A DNA stretch of 64,000 nucleotides, taken from a virus. Location of the stretch: positions 52,158 to 116,157 of IMG/VR virus record IMGVR_UViG_3300008450_000005. One strand, written 5' to 3'. Within the stretch, counting starts at the first letter, position 1. Each line of letters starts with the position of its first letter. Made by a program: the position numbers and the translations under genes. The notes below the pieces were generated by a model. That model saw only the letters and a list, made by a program, of their open reading frames with translations. It was not told the DNA's origin and searched no databases. Positions 31,173 to 42,014 of the stretch are shown piece after piece.

Positions 31173-33071
31173 ATGAGTAATAAAATTATCGGTATTGATT
31201 TAGGAACAACAAATTCTTGTGTTTCCGTCTTAGAGGGTGGAAAACCTGTAGTAATCGTTAACAACGAAGGAAAGAGAACAACTCCAAGTATTGTGAGTTT
31301 TAAAAATGGAGAAATTAAAATCGGCGATCCAGCAAAACGTCAGGCCGTGACCAACCCAACTGAAACATTATTTTCTGTAAAAAGATTTATCGGGTCTAAA
31401 TTCTCTGAGCTGAAGAAGGAAGCTCAAAGAATGCCTTACAAGGTTAAAAAAGGAACTGGTGATAAAGTTTTGATCGAAGCAAACCAGAAGGAGTATATCC
31501 CTCAAGAGATTTCTGCTATGGTTTTACAGAATCTGAAAAAGACTGCGGAAGATTACCTGGGAGAAACAGTTTCCAAAGCAGTGATCACCGTGCCTGCTTA
31601 TTTCAACGACAGTCAGAGACAGGCAACAAAAGAAGCGGGCGAAATTGCTGGATTGGAAGTTTTGAGAATTATCAACGAGCCAACCGCTGCAGCACTAGCC
31701 TATGGATTGGACAGAAAAGACAAAGACCAAAAGGTAGTTGTTTTTGACATCGGCGGAGGTACCCACGACGTTTCAATTCTAGAAATTGGTTCTGGTGTAT
31801 TCGAGGTTCTTTCAACCAGCGGGGATACTCATTTGGGTGGTGATGATTTTGACGAGAGAATTGTTGACTGGATCATATCAGAATTTAAAAACGAAAGCGG
31901 GATCGATATTGGTCAGGATGCAATGGCTTTACAGAGGGTTAGAGAATCAGCGGAGAAGGCAAAGGTTGAACTTTCCTCTTCTGTTGAAGCTGAGATCAAT
32001 TTACCATACCTTTCAGCAGGAAGCGAAGGTCCTAAACACTTCGTCTCTAAATTAACAAGAGTAAAATTTGAGCAGATGATAGATGATCTAATTAAGCGAT
32101 CATTGGCTCCTTGCTCAACAGCAATGGTAGAAGCAGGATTGTTAAATTCGGATATTGATGAAGTGATCCTGGTTGGTGGAACAAGTAGAATCCCTAAGAT
32201 CCAGGAGGAGGTCGAAAAATTCTTTGGTAAAAAACCAAGTAAGAGCGTAAATCCAGATGAAGTGGTTAGTCTCGGTGCAGCAATTCAAGGAGGAGTTTTA
32301 GGTGGAGAGGTTAAAGACGTACTACTTCTTGACGTTACACCATTAAGCTTGGGTATTGAAACTATGGGTGGTGTATTTACAAAACTAATTGAATCTAATA
32401 CAACAATCCCAACGAAGAAAAGCCAAATGTTCTCAACCGCTGTGGATAATCAGCCAGCAGTTGATATCCACGTTCTACAGGGAGAACGCCCCATGGCATC
32501 AGACAACCGAACACTAGGAAGATTTCAGCTTACAGATATCCCACCTTCAATGAGAGGAATCCCTCAGATCGAGGTTACCTTCGATATTGACTCCAATGGT
32601 ATTTTGAGCGTGACTGCTTTGGACAAAGGAACTGGAAAAAAACAAAACGTGAGGATCGAATCAGGATCAAAGCTTTCTGAAGAGGAAATCGAAAGACTAA
32701 AAAACGAGGCAAGAGAAAACGAGGAGGAAGATAAGAAAAGACTGAGAAAATCCCAGATTATTAATGATGCTGAGAATGCTTGCATGCAGTCGGAAAAGGC
32801 TTTGGATGATTTCGGGAACAAAGTTTCCGATGACGAAAAATCAAAAATCAATGACAAGATATCCGAAATCAGGAAATTGAAAGATGCCGAGAATATCGAT
32901 ATGTTAGAAAAAGAAATTGATGAGTGTATGAAATTGATGAACGCGATTTCTGCTAGTATCTACTCAACTCCAAATTCTGAAAGCGAAAGCACGAGTACAA
33001 CCGGGACCCAAGAGGGTCAAGAGAATTTCGAGGATGTAGAATTCGAAGAAGTAGGCTCCAAATCAAAATAA
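31173..33071 (+). CDS. dnaK: Molecular chaperone DnaK (Hsp70)
   Basis: [50 protein letters not shown]. Confidence 0.97.
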   Translation: MSNKIIGIDLGTTNSCVSVLEGGKPVVIVNNEGKRTTPSIVSFKNGEIKIGDPAKRQAVTNPTETLFSVKRFIGSKFSELKKEAQRMPYKVKKGTGDKVLIEANQKEYIPQEISAMVLQNLKKTAEDYLGETVSKAVITVPAYFNDSQRQATKEAGEIAGLEVLRIINEPTAAALAYGLDRKDKDQKVVVFDIGGGTHDVSILEIGSGVFEVLSTSGDTHLGGDDFDERIVDWIISEFKNESGIDIGQDAMALQRVRESAEKAKVELSSSVEAEINLPYLSAGSEGPKHFVSKLTRVKFEQMIDDLIKRSLAPCSTAMVEAGLLNSDIDEVILVGGTSRIPKIQEEVEKFFGKKPSKSVNPDEVVSLGAAIQGGVLGGEVKDVLLLDVTPLSLGIETMGGVFTKLIESNTTIPTKKSQMFSTAVDNQPAVDIHVLQGERPMASDNRTLGRFQLTDIPPSMRGIPQIEVTFDIDSNGILSVTALDKGTGKKQNVRIESGSKLSEEEIERLKNEARENEEEDKKRLRKSQIINDAENACMQSEKALDDFGNKVSDDEKSKINDKISEIRKLKDAENIDMLEKEIDECMKLMNAISASIYSTPNSESESTSTTGTQEGQENFEDVEFEEVGSKSK

Positions 33072-33096
33072 TCGGATCACTCATACAAGCAAGTTC

Positions 33097-33125
33097 AAAA
33101 GTCGGCTTAATGCCGACTTTTTTTT
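33097..33125 (+). terminator. Rho-independent terminator after dnaK
   Basis: AAAAGTCGGC-TTAAT-GCCGACTTTTTTTT. Confidence 0.85.
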
Positions 33126-33135
33126 AGTAAATTCT

Positions 33136-33143
33136 GATATATA
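33136..33143 (+). promoter_or_regulatory. GATATATA late-promoter-like motif before ferritin
   Basis: Lies between the dnaK terminator and the ferritin ATG. Confidence 0.6.
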
Positions 33144-33161
33144 GATAAAACAAGGAAATTC

Positions 33162-33725
33162 ATGGAATCATTTAAGCACTTCAAAGGTAATAATAACGAG
33201 GCAATCGAATTGAGTATGGTGGCTATGCCCGAAATTACAAAGCCTAAAACTTTACCTGCGGACATCGTAACAGAGATCGAAAAAAGAATTGCAGGAGAAT
33301 ATAACGCACATTATACCTACAGAAATGCAGCTAACTGGTGCAAGAATATGAACTACAAAAAGGCTGCGGCATTCTTCGAAGCTGAGGCAGCTTACGAATT
33401 GGAGCATGCTAACATGTTGATGGATTACCTTACCCAATGGAATATCATTCCTAAGATGATGCCTGTAGATCCAAACATTCAATTCAAATCATTGGTTGGA
33501 ATCGTTGATGTAGCTTACGATGTTGAATATAATCTATTGCTTAATTATTCAGCGATGCAGAGTGCATTGTCTGATACACATCCAGCAACTTTCAATTTCA
33601 TTCAGAAATTCGTTGATATCCAAAACGAATCAGTAGCAGAATATTCTGATCTATTGAATGCTCTCGAGCTTGTGAATATCAATAACAAATTCGAGATCCT
33701 TTACTTCGAACAAACTTATTTCTAA
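33162..33725 (+). CDS. ftn: Ferritin (non-haem) with N-terminal extension
   Basis: EYNAHYTY..AANW, FFEAEAAYELEHA, YDVE, FIQKFVDIQNE ferroxidase pattern. Confidence 0.8.
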   Translation: MESFKHFKGNNNEAIELSMVAMPEITKPKTLPADIVTEIEKRIAGEYNAHYTYRNAANWCKNMNYKKAAAFFEAEAAYELEHANMLMDYLTQWNIIPKMMPVDPNIQFKSLVGIVDVAYDVEYNLLLNYSAMQSALSDTHPATFNFIQKFVDIQNESVAEYSDLLNALELVNINNKFEILYFEQTYF

Positions 33726-33747
33726 TTCTAAATACTTTTTATTAAAG

Positions 33748-33783
33748 AAAGATTTCCATAATTTCGTGGAAATCTTTTTTTTT
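33748..33783 (+). terminator. Rho-independent terminator after ferritin
   Basis: AAAGATTTCCA...TGGAAATCTTT followed by a T run. Confidence 0.7.
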
Positions 33784-33785
33784 GT

Positions 33786-34199
33786 ATGCAGGATTTTTTT
33801 GAAACGGAAAGGCTAATTCAGGAAGAATACATCCATGATAAATGGAAGATGGTCGTTGTCTGCATACTATTAAATCAAACCAACAATAAACAGGTTAGGC
33901 CTATACTCGAAGATCTGTTTAAGCTCATCCCAGATGCTGGAAAGGCATCAGCAACGGGTATCCAACAGATAGCTGAAATAATCAGACCGACAGGATTTCA
34001 AAATGTGAAAGCCGACCGCATCGTAAAGATGAGTAAAAAGTGGGCATCGGGTGATCAAGAAATTTCAAAACTTCCTGGTGTTGGTAAATATGCACTAGAG
34101 TCCTGGAGAATTTTTGTTGACAGGGACTTTGGATTCACTCCAACCGATAAAAAATTAAATATTTTTTTGCAGGAAGGTGGTAACGATCGGTTACCTTAA
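33786..34199 (+). CDS. MBD4-like HhH-GPD DNA glycosylase (standalone catalytic domain)
   Basis: LIQEEYIHDKWKMVVVCILLNQT, HhH LPGVGKYALESWRIF and PTDKKL resemble the MBD4 glycosylase domain. Confidence 0.75.
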   Translation: MQDFFETERLIQEEYIHDKWKMVVVCILLNQTNNKQVRPILEDLFKLIPDAGKASATGIQQIAEIIRPTGFQNVKADRIVKMSKKWASGDQEISKLPGVGKYALESWRIFVDRDFGFTPTDKKLNIFLQEGGNDRLP

Positions 34200-34498
34200 G
34201 AGAGGTGCTTGGTGTAAAGCCAATCTTTAATAAATTCGATAACCTTCTTAGCACCCAATCCTTCTGAGCGTAAAAGATTGACGAAGTCCTCGTTAGTTGA
34301 TAACTCATCGAGGTGGATATAGATTTTATCCTTTTCAAACATGGGGTCAATTACCATCGGAAGAGGCTGTTTCTTATCTACATAATTAACAGAATTTACA
34401 TTGTCTTTATACCATTCGCCAGGGACTACAACCGATCCAGGCGATGCTGAAATGTAATATTCTGCAACATAATTTTCGAAACTTTCGACTATCCTCAT
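34196..34498 (-). CDS. Hypothetical protein with capsid-targeting-like leader
   Basis: MRIVESFENYVAE; GATACATA variant upstream on the minus strand; fills the gap between + genes. Confidence 0.55.
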   Translation of the reverse strand: MRIVESFENYVAEYYISASPGSVVVPGEWYKDNVNSVNYVDKKQPLPMVIDPMFEKDKIYIHLDELSTNEDFVNLLRSEGLGAKKVIEFIKDWLYTKHLS

Positions 34499-34506
34499 AA
34501 TAATGT

Positions 34507-35922
34507 ATGTATCCAGATATGATAGTTGATATTGAAGCTAAGAAAGACCACCTGCACATTTCTACTTTTACCGAAGAGGGGGAACCAACATTCATCAACG
34601 TTCCAATCCCAGAAGAGGAAAGGTTCGTCTGGGAGAAGTGCCCGCATAATGACGCCAAGAAAGATCCTGTTTGGAGATCTTGGGACGGCGGCCATGTCAA
34701 AAAAGTAAAGTCTAACAAATTAGACAAATACCGCATTGCACAAATACTCGAGGAAGCTGATCGGGAATTAACTGCTCCACTATGGGCACACCAAAATCCT
34801 CGCAAATACTTTGTCGATATTGAGGTTGAGATTACTGAGGAGATGAAAGATGCATTGGACACAGAAAACGCCAAAAATCGAGTTCTCAGTATCGGTATAG
34901 CAACGGACAAGAACAAGATGATTGTCTTGGGTCTCGATGATCTATCAAGCGAGCAGATCGGATCGATTCATAAAAAGCTTAACACGCATTTTGAAAAGTT
35001 CGGAGAGGAATGGAGTTTCAAATACAGAAAGTTCGTTTCAGAATTCGACATGCTCTATACGTTCTTTAAAGATCTAGCTCCCAAAATGGCTTTGATTACT
35101 GGATGGAACTGGTTCGGATATGACTGGCCCTATTTGGTTAATAGAGCAAAAAGACTCAATATCGACCCTGCTATTATTTCAGCTTCCAGATATCTAATTG
35201 GAAAGAATCAATTACCCCAACACTTACTAATGGTCGATTATCTCGATATCTATAAAAAGTGGGACAGGGTGATCAAGATCAAAGAAAGCAATCGATTGGA
35301 CTACGTTGGAGAAAAAGCTATCGGTCTGAAGAAGATTGAATACAGCGGAAGTCTTAGAGATCTTTATCAATCGGACTTCGAAAAATTCATTTTCTATAAC
35401 GCGGTTGACTGTGTTCTTCTGCACTACATCGATCAGAAGCTGAAAACAATGCTGACGTATTTTAAGATTGCCGGAGTAACTGGAGTGGAGATATCCCGTG
35501 CACTTTCGCCAGTCTGGTCAACGGAGGTAATGATGCTGAGAAAATTTTTAGAGAGAAAACAGGTTTTGCTGAATATCCCTAAAGATGATAATCACGTCAA
35601 GTTCGCTGGTGGTTACGTAAAGGAACCAACTGTAGGATTACATGAATGGGTAGCTTGTTACGATTTTGCATCACTTTATCCTAACGCTATCGTGCAGTGG
35701 GGGATTTCGCCGGAAGCATATAAGGGAAAGAATGTAGCGGATCCAAAAGAAGAATGGGTAAGAACTGCTTCAGGAGCATATTTTGGAGGGGAGGAAGAAA
35801 AACCTATTCTCCGCACGATTGTAAAAGATCTATACTCAAAAAGAAGAAAAACCAAGGATCAAATGTTAGCACTTCAGTTAGAAATTGACAAATTACAAAA
35901 AGAATTGGAAAATTTCAAATAG
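34507..35922 (+). CDS. DNA polymerase family B, N-terminal subunit (exonuclease, palm motif A, first finger helix)
   Basis: ExoI DIEVE, ExoII GWNWFGYDWPY, ExoIII YNAVD, motif A YDFASLYPN; ends before motif B. Confidence 0.88.
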   Translation: MYPDMIVDIEAKKDHLHISTFTEEGEPTFINVPIPEEERFVWEKCPHNDAKKDPVWRSWDGGHVKKVKSNKLDKYRIAQILEEADRELTAPLWAHQNPRKYFVDIEVEITEEMKDALDTENAKNRVLSIGIATDKNKMIVLGLDDLSSEQIGSIHKKLNTHFEKFGEEWSFKYRKFVSEFDMLYTFFKDLAPKMALITGWNWFGYDWPYLVNRAKRLNIDPAIISASRYLIGKNQLPQHLLMVDYLDIYKKWDRVIKIKESNRLDYVGEKAIGLKKIEYSGSLRDLYQSDFEKFIFYNAVDCVLLHYIDQKLKTMLTYFKIAGVTGVEISRALSPVWSTEVMMLRKFLERKQVLLNIPKDDNHVKFAGGYVKEPTVGLHEWVACYDFASLYPNAIVQWGISPEAYKGKNVADPKEEWVRTASGAYFGGEEEKPILRTIVKDLYSKRRKTKDQMLALQLEIDKLQKELENFK

Positions 35923-36008
35923 GGGTGGGGACAAAAAAATGGGGTTGATATATAATCATCCCAAACGATTCTCACATCATTTTTAAAACAAAGAAAACGG
36001 AAAATAAG

Positions 36009-36494
36009 ATGGAACAAAATTTAACAAATTTTCAAGAGTGCTCTCATTTAGAGATCGAGGATCACTATTCAAACAGCACCGACACGCTGAACGAATTATT
36101 AACTATGCAAAAGAATATTCAGGAGGGTGTGTACGGTTACGACTTTGAAAAAATCAGAGAAACTTTGGGGTCATTGAAATCATTTTGTGATATGAATTAT
36201 CACGCAGATCAGGACGAGTGGAGAGAATTTTTCAACGCTCTAGGAGGTGTTCACTCACACGGTGCAGCAATTTGGAAACCCTGGAAGAGTAAACACAAAG
36301 AGGCACAAGAAAAAAAGTTTACAGACCTAACTCCTGAAGAATTAAAAGAATTGCAAATGGAAGTAGTCGACCGTTGGCATTTCTTATTTAACGTAACTCT
36401 TGCGGTCGGCTTAGACGCAAAAACTCTTTTCAATTATTATGTTGCTAAAAACAAGCACAACATAGAAAGACAGCAAAGACCAGGGGGTTACTAA
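36009..36494 (+). CDS. All-alpha (MazG-like) dCTP/dUTP pyrophosphatase, T4 gp56-like
   Basis: DEWRE, WKPWK, ELQMEVVDRWHF, YVAKNKHNIERQ..GY. Confidence 0.75.
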   Translation: MEQNLTNFQECSHLEIEDHYSNSTDTLNELLTMQKNIQEGVYGYDFEKIRETLGSLKSFCDMNYHADQDEWREFFNALGGVHSHGAAIWKPWKSKHKEAQEKKFTDLTPEELKELQMEVVDRWHFLFNVTLAVGLDAKTLFNYYVAKNKHNIERQQRPGGY

Positions 36495-36521
36495 TCCAAA
36501 AAAATTTAATATAAAAAAGAT

Positions 36522-37493
36522 ATGACGGAACAGAGTTATTCAGGGACCGAGCCCATTCTTGTCGAGAATCCGCACCGGTTTGTTATTTTCCCAATCCAAT
36601 ACGATGATATTTGGGAATTCTATAAACAGCACCAAGCTGCCTTTTGGACTGCGGAGGAGATTGACTTAACTAACGATTTGAAAGACTGGGATTCCCTTTC
36701 TGACAACGAAAGATTTTTCATCAAGAACGTTTTGAGTTTCTTTGCTGCTAGTGATGGAATTGTTAACGAGAATCTGGCTGAGAATTTTTATCGAGAGGTC
36801 CAATACCCAGAAGCTAAATTCTTCTACGGATTCCAGCTGGCGATGGAAAATATCCATTCGCTTATGTACAGTCTTTTGATTGACACATACATCTCTAACC
36901 ACAAAGAAAAATTGGAATGCTTCACAGCTATTGAGCATTTACCTGCGGTTCAAAAGAAAGCTAGTTGGGCTTTGAATTGGATTGAGAATGCATCCTTCCA
37001 AGAAAGATTAGTTGCATTTGCTGCAGTTGAAGGTATTTTCTTTTCAGGATCTTTTTGCTCCATCTTCTGGTTGAAAAATAGAGGTTTGATGCCCGGTCTT
37101 TGCAACGCAAACTCGCTGATTTTCAAAGACGAAAATTTGCATTGCGATTTTGCGATCCATCTTCTGAATAACCATTGTGTCACCAGGCCCAGCGAAAAAA
37201 GGATCAAAGAGATTCTACTTTCTGCTTTGGAGATTGAAAAAGAATTTATTACAGAGAGTTTGCCTGTGTCCCTAATAGGAATGAATTCCAATCTGATGAA
37301 ACAGTATTTGGAATTTGTCGTTGATGGATTGCTCGTAAAATTCAACTGTTCAAAAGAGTTTAAAGTGGAGAATCCTTTCAAATTCATGGAACAGATTGCT
37401 GTTGAAACTAAAGGAAATTTCTTTGAAGGTCGCACCGTTGAATATCAGAAGGTGAAACTGAACGAAGGATTTTCAATCGATGAGGATTTCTAA
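36522..37493 (+). CDS. nrdB: Ribonucleotide reductase class Ia beta subunit
   Basis: [41 protein letters not shown]. Confidence 0.95.
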   Translation: MTEQSYSGTEPILVENPHRFVIFPIQYDDIWEFYKQHQAAFWTAEEIDLTNDLKDWDSLSDNERFFIKNVLSFFAASDGIVNENLAENFYREVQYPEAKFFYGFQLAMENIHSLMYSLLIDTYISNHKEKLECFTAIEHLPAVQKKASWALNWIENASFQERLVAFAAVEGIFFSGSFCSIFWLKNRGLMPGLCNANSLIFKDENLHCDFAIHLLNNHCVTRPSEKRIKEILLSALEIEKEFITESLPVSLIGMNSNLMKQYLEFVVDGLLVKFNCSKEFKVENPFKFMEQIAVETKGNFFEGRTVEYQKVKLNEGFSIDEDF

Positions 37494-37511
37494 AAAAAAT
37501 TATTAAGCACT

Positions 37512-39932
37512 ATGTTTTTGAAAATTATCAAAAGAAACGGAGAAGAGACATCATTCAACCCACAAAAAATTTATACTAGAATTAAGAGATCGTCGAAAGG
37601 ATTATCTGTTAACCCAGACGAGATTTTTATCGCCGTCATCACCTCGGTTCCGACAGAGGGTGAGATCACCACAAAGCAATTGGATAAATTGATTGCCGAC
37701 ATTTCAGCCTCGTACACTGGTACACACCATGACTATTCGAGATTAGCGGCACAAACATCGATTTCTTCATTCCACAAAGAAACACTTCCTAGTTTTTCTG
37801 AGACTATGAAAGTCCTCTTTGAAGAAGGTATCATTAATGCTACCTTCCACGAAAGAATTCAAAGCTATGGACCGGAAAAAATCGATGCTTTGGTAAACCA
37901 CGAGAACGATTTCAATTTTGATTACTTTGCATGGAGATCTCTGTACGAGATGTACCTGCTAAAGAAATCTAATGGGCAAGTTTTCGAAAGACCCCAGCAC
38001 ATGTATATGAGAGTTGCTCTTTGGGTTACAGATTCCTTTGAGAGCGCAGCGGATTATTACAATTCATTATCTAATCAGCTCATCTCACCTGCGACTCCTA
38101 TTATGATCAACTCAGGAACAAAGATTCCTCAGCTTTCATCTTGTGTTCTCCATTATAATGATGGCGATTCACGTGAAGGTTTGTTGAACACAATGAGAGA
38201 CATTTCAACCTATTCATCTGACGCAGCTGGAATTGGTCTTTGCATGTCGAACATTCGAAGCAAAGAAAGCAGAATCGCTGGTTCGGGAGGTTATGCAGGA
38301 GGTCTTTTGAAGTATCTAAAGATCGTCAACGAATCACTGAGATTCTTCAATCAGCAGGGTAGAAGACCTGGCTCGGCTGCGATTTACATCGAGCCTTGGC
38401 ACAAGGATATTTTCGACCTTCTTGAGATCAAGAAAAATACCGGTGCTGATGAATTGAGAGCACGTGATCTGTTCACCGCATTATGGATTCCTGATAACTT
38501 CATGGAAGCTGTTAAGGACGGTGGGGATTGGTACCTATTCTGTCCTAACGATATTCTAAAGGCTGGTATCAAGCCACTTCAGGAATGCTACGGTTCAGAA
38601 TACGAATCCAACTACAACAAGGCTGTTGAAATGGGATTGGGTAAAAAAGTGAAAGCTCAGGACGTTTGGTTCAAGATCATCGAATCTCAGGTAGAAACAG
38701 GAGTTCCTTACTTGGCATCAAAAGATAGTGCCAACAGGAAAACCAACCACCAAAACATCGGTGTTATCCGTCAATCCAATCTTTGCATCGAAATCTTCCA
38801 AGCAACTGATGAAAAAACCACAGCCATCTGCACACTTTCATCTTTAGTTCTGAAGAATTTTGTAGATAAAACCAGAGGGTCTTTCAACTTAACAAAATTG
38901 TTTGAAGAAACCAGAAAGATCGTCAGAGCTCTTAATATTGTAATCGATGTAAACTCCTATTCAACCAAGAAAGGTGAGAAAGGAGGATTTGAACAAAGAG
39001 CTATTGGAATTGGTACTCAAGGTCTAGCTGATGTATTCTTCCTCATGGATGTAATCTTTGATTCAGAAGAGGCAAAAAGTTTGAACAAGAATATCTTTGA
39101 AACGATCTATTATGCTGCTCTTTTCGAATCTAACGAATTGGTTAAGGGTGGCAAATACAAACCATATGATTACTTCAAAGGATCACCTGTTTCCGAAGGC
39201 GTATTCCAGTTCAACATGTGGGGATTGAGTAGTTCAGATCTTTGCGGCCTGTGGGATTGGGAAAGCTTGAAAAATGATATTGCAGAATACGGAATTTGTA
39301 ATAGCTTGGTAACTGCCCAGATGCCCGTCGCATCTTCTGCTAAGGTTACAGGATCTTTCGAAATGACTGAACCAGCACACTCAGCTCTTTTTAACCGAAG
39401 AGTGGTTGGCGGTGAAATCATGATAGTGAATAAATATCTGATTCAGGATTTTGAAAAGATCGGAATATGGTGCGAGGATCTGAAAAACGAGATTATCATG
39501 AATGATGGATCGGTCCAAAATATCAATTTCAACAATTACCTGGATTCGGAGGATAAGAACTACAACAAAAGAGTTCAAAGAATAGAATTCTTGATTCAGA
39601 AGTACAGAACCATTTGGGAAATACCTCAGAGATCTTTGATCGATATGGCAGCCGACCGTGCACCTTTCATAGACCAATCACAGTCGATGAACCTGTACAT
39701 GGCAAATCCAAGTGTTTCGAAGATATCTTCCGCTCACTTCTATTCATGGAGCAAGGGACTGAAAACTCTCTCCTATTACATCAGAACCAAAGCTATCTCA
39801 ACAGGAGCTAAGCATTTGGCGATGGATATCGAGAAGAAAGAAAAACCCAAAGCGATTGAGAGCAAGCCCGAAATAGTGCAAAACTCCAGACCGGAGAATA
39901 GCGATTTCGAATGCTTCGGTTGCTCTGCTTAA
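37512..39932 (+). CDS. nrdA: Ribonucleotide reductase class Ia alpha subunit (with ATP cone)
   Basis: IIKRNG cone, QLSSC, SNLCIE, C-terminal CFGCSA; no intein seen. Confidence 0.95.
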   Translation: MFLKIIKRNGEETSFNPQKIYTRIKRSSKGLSVNPDEIFIAVITSVPTEGEITTKQLDKLIADISASYTGTHHDYSRLAAQTSISSFHKETLPSFSETMKVLFEEGIINATFHERIQSYGPEKIDALVNHENDFNFDYFAWRSLYEMYLLKKSNGQVFERPQHMYMRVALWVTDSFESAADYYNSLSNQLISPATPIMINSGTKIPQLSSCVLHYNDGDSREGLLNTMRDISTYSSDAAGIGLCMSNIRSKESRIAGSGGYAGGLLKYLKIVNESLRFFNQQGRRPGSAAIYIEPWHKDIFDLLEIKKNTGADELRARDLFTALWIPDNFMEAVKDGGDWYLFCPNDILKAGIKPLQECYGSEYESNYNKAVEMGLGKKVKAQDVWFKIIESQVETGVPYLASKDSANRKTNHQNIGVIRQSNLCIEIFQATDEKTTAICTLSSLVLKNFVDKTRGSFNLTKLFEETRKIVRALNIVIDVNSYSTKKGEKGGFEQRAIGIGTQGLADVFFLMDVIFDSEEAKSLNKNIFETIYYAALFESNELVKGGKYKPYDYFKGSPVSEGVFQFNMWGLSSSDLCGLWDWESLKNDIAEYGICNSLVTAQMPVASSAKVTGSFEMTEPAHSALFNRRVVGGEIMIVNKYLIQDFEKIGIWCEDLKNEIIMNDGSVQNINFNNYLDSEDKNYNKRVQRIEFLIQKYRTIWEIPQRSLIDMAADRAPFIDQSQSMNLYMANPSVSKISSAHFYSWSKGLKTLSYYIRTKAISTGAKHLAMDIEKKEKPKAIESKPEIVQNSRPENSDFECFGCSA

Positions 39933-39939
39933 AATACAC

Positions 39940-39971
39940 AAATCCCCCTTCTTTTCAGGAGGGGGATTTTT
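39940..39971 (+). terminator. Rho-independent terminator after nrdA
   Basis: AAATCCCCCTTC...GGAGGGGGATTTTT. Confidence 0.8.
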
Positions 39972-39974
39972 GTG

Positions 39975-39982
39975 GATATATA
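39975..39982 (+). promoter_or_regulatory. GATATATA late-promoter-like motif before the NMP kinase
   Basis: Directly after the nrdA terminator, 8 nt before the ATG. Confidence 0.6.
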
Positions 39983-39990
39983 GATTGGAT

Positions 39991-40626
39991 ATGAAAAATA
40001 TATTGGACTTTTCATCATTTCTTTTTGAGAGAGAATTACCTGATTCACAGGGAAAAATTATAGTGATTTTAGGCCCTCCAGGATCTGGTAAAGGAACAGT
40101 CACAAAAATTCTGAAAAACGATTACGAATTTCAGGAGGTCAAAGTGAAAGAGCTGATGACCAGCGATCCTACGAAAGCTTCCAAAGACAACGTGGTAACA
40201 GAAAGAGGAATGATGGATCTTTTGAAAGAGAGAATCAAATCATTGGATCTTAGCAAAAATATAGTTTTTGACGGATTTCCTAGAACCAGAAAGCAATCGG
40301 TTATTCTGGATAAGGTTTTGGGGGAAATGGGGATAGGCTTAAATCATGCAGTTTTCCTTGATATAGAAAAAGACGTTGCTGTGAATCGTCTAAGAAAGAA
40401 AGCTGAGAAAGATGGAAAGAAATTTGATTCCGCAGCTGTAGAAGAAAAATTCCAAGATTACGAAGTTCGTACCCTTCCGGTAATAGACCAATATAAGAAG
40501 AGCAGGAAAATGATCGAGATTAAAGATCTCGGTGATGCTGAAAAGGTTTCCGAAAAGATTGTCAAAAGACTGAAGATCAAAAAGATCGCAAGCGAAAAAC
40601 CGGAAGCCGAAAACAAGAAGGCCTAA
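39991..40626 (+). CDS. adk: Adenylate kinase-family NMP kinase with capsid-targeting-like leader
   Basis: ILGPPGSGKGT, DGFPRT, TLPVIDQY; ATG at 39991 gives MKNILDFSSFLFE. Confidence 0.75.
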   Translation: MKNILDFSSFLFERELPDSQGKIIVILGPPGSGKGTVTKILKNDYEFQEVKVKELMTSDPTKASKDNVVTERGMMDLLKERIKSLDLSKNIVFDGFPRTRKQSVILDKVLGEMGIGLNHAVFLDIEKDVAVNRLRKKAEKDGKKFDSAAVEEKFQDYEVRTLPVIDQYKKSRKMIEIKDLGDAEKVSEKIVKRLKIKKIASEKPEAENKKA

Positions 40627-40644
40627 ACTTTTCTGAGTACACAC

Positions 40645-40673
40645 GAAAACATTTCTAATTTGTTCGGTATAAT
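40645..40673 (+). promoter_or_regulatory. Putative GAAAAY-N17-TATAAT promoter
   Basis: GAAAAC-17 nt-TATAAT; same arrangement at 48686 and 56966. Confidence 0.5.
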
Positions 40674-40694
40674 CTGTGTTTCAATACATTCTAT

Positions 40695-41921
40695 ATGTCT
40701 TTAGCACCCAACCAAACAGATTCAATCGTTATCACGGAACACGTCGTTCCGACAAACAGTTCAAAACAAGAAATCGAACTTTGCTTAGTGATGATAGTAA
40801 AGGACGAAGAAGACAGCATTGAAAAATGCTTGAAGTCAGTTGCTCCTTACATTTCATACTGGGTGATTGTTGATACAGGATCTTCCGATGATACGCTCAA
40901 CGTAATCAAGAAGGTAACTGAAGAATTGGGCATCCCTGGCGAATTGCACGAAAGACCATGGGTAAATTTCGAAGTAAATAGAACTGAATCGCTGGAACTT
41001 GCAAAAGGCAAGTGCGATTTCAGATGGATCATCGATGCGGATGATGAATTTATAGTGGAGGATGGCGTTAAAAATCCTTTTGCTGGATTAAGTGGAGAAG
41101 GTATTGACTGCTTCCAGTTGAAGTACAAATTGAGCGGACTCCAATATTACCGAGCACAGATCGTTGAATCCGGTCAGGAATGGTGCTACAAAGGTGTTTT
41201 ACATGAATATTTGCATTCCGACAAGGAACAGCAGAATCATGCTCAGGTCAAAGGATGCTACGTTAAGGCTGATATCTCCCCGCTCAAAAGAGCTTCTTCT
41301 GTCGAGGAAAAATATGCAAATGACGCAAAAATTCTCGAGAAAGCTTTAGATGCAGAGCCTGAAAATCACAGATACATGTTCTATCTTGCTCAAAGCTACC
41401 GCGATTCACAGCAAGACGATAAAGCTTACGCTGCTTACAAAAAAAGAGCAGAGGCTGGAGGATGGGAAGAGGAAGTTTATTATTCACTTTATATGATGGC
41501 CAAGATTAAAGAAAAATTGAAGGCATCATCTGATGATATTATTACGCATTATTCAAAAGCATGGGAATATAGACCGCAAAGATTAGAGGCTGCATTTCAT
41601 ACGATGCGAAAGCTGCGTGAGCAAAAAAGATTTGTCCTAGCATTTGCATACGGAAACGTTGCTACGAAGAGCCCAGGATGCTCCGATATCTTGTTCGTAG
41701 AGCCTGAAATGTGGCAATGGAGACTTCTTGATGAATATGCTCTAGCTGCATATTACACAGGAAATCCAGAGATTTCGATTGAGAAAACCACAGCTATAGT
41801 TGAGTCGGATTTTTTCAAAACTCTGAACCCTAAGGAGCAAGAAAGACTCACCAGAAATTTAGATCTTTATAAAAGAGGTTTTGATGCGAAAAAAAGTAAG
41901 GTAGGATCATTGAAAAGTTAA
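40695..41921 (+). CDS. Glycosyltransferase family 2 with C-terminal TPR repeats
   Basis: LCLVMIVKDEE, IVDTGSSD, IIDADD, GVLHE; TPR-like FYLAQSYRD, EEVYYS. Confidence 0.85.
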   Translation: MSLAPNQTDSIVITEHVVPTNSSKQEIELCLVMIVKDEEDSIEKCLKSVAPYISYWVIVDTGSSDDTLNVIKKVTEELGIPGELHERPWVNFEVNRTESLELAKGKCDFRWIIDADDEFIVEDGVKNPFAGLSGEGIDCFQLKYKLSGLQYYRAQIVESGQEWCYKGVLHEYLHSDKEQQNHAQVKGCYVKADISPLKRASSVEEKYANDAKILEKALDAEPENHRYMFYLAQSYRDSQQDDKAYAAYKKRAEAGGWEEEVYYSLYMMAKIKEKLKASSDDIITHYSKAWEYRPQRLEAAFHTMRKLREQKRFVLAFAYGNVATKSPGCSDILFVEPEMWQWRLLDEYALAAYYTGNPEISIEKTTAIVESDFFKTLNPKEQERLTRNLDLYKRGFDAKKSKVGSLKS

Positions 41922-42014
41922 ACATTTTTATTATATTTGCTTTTCTCTCGTTTAATTTTTAAACGAAGATATATAAAGATAGAAAAACCTAAGCTAATCT
42001 AAAATATAAAGAGA

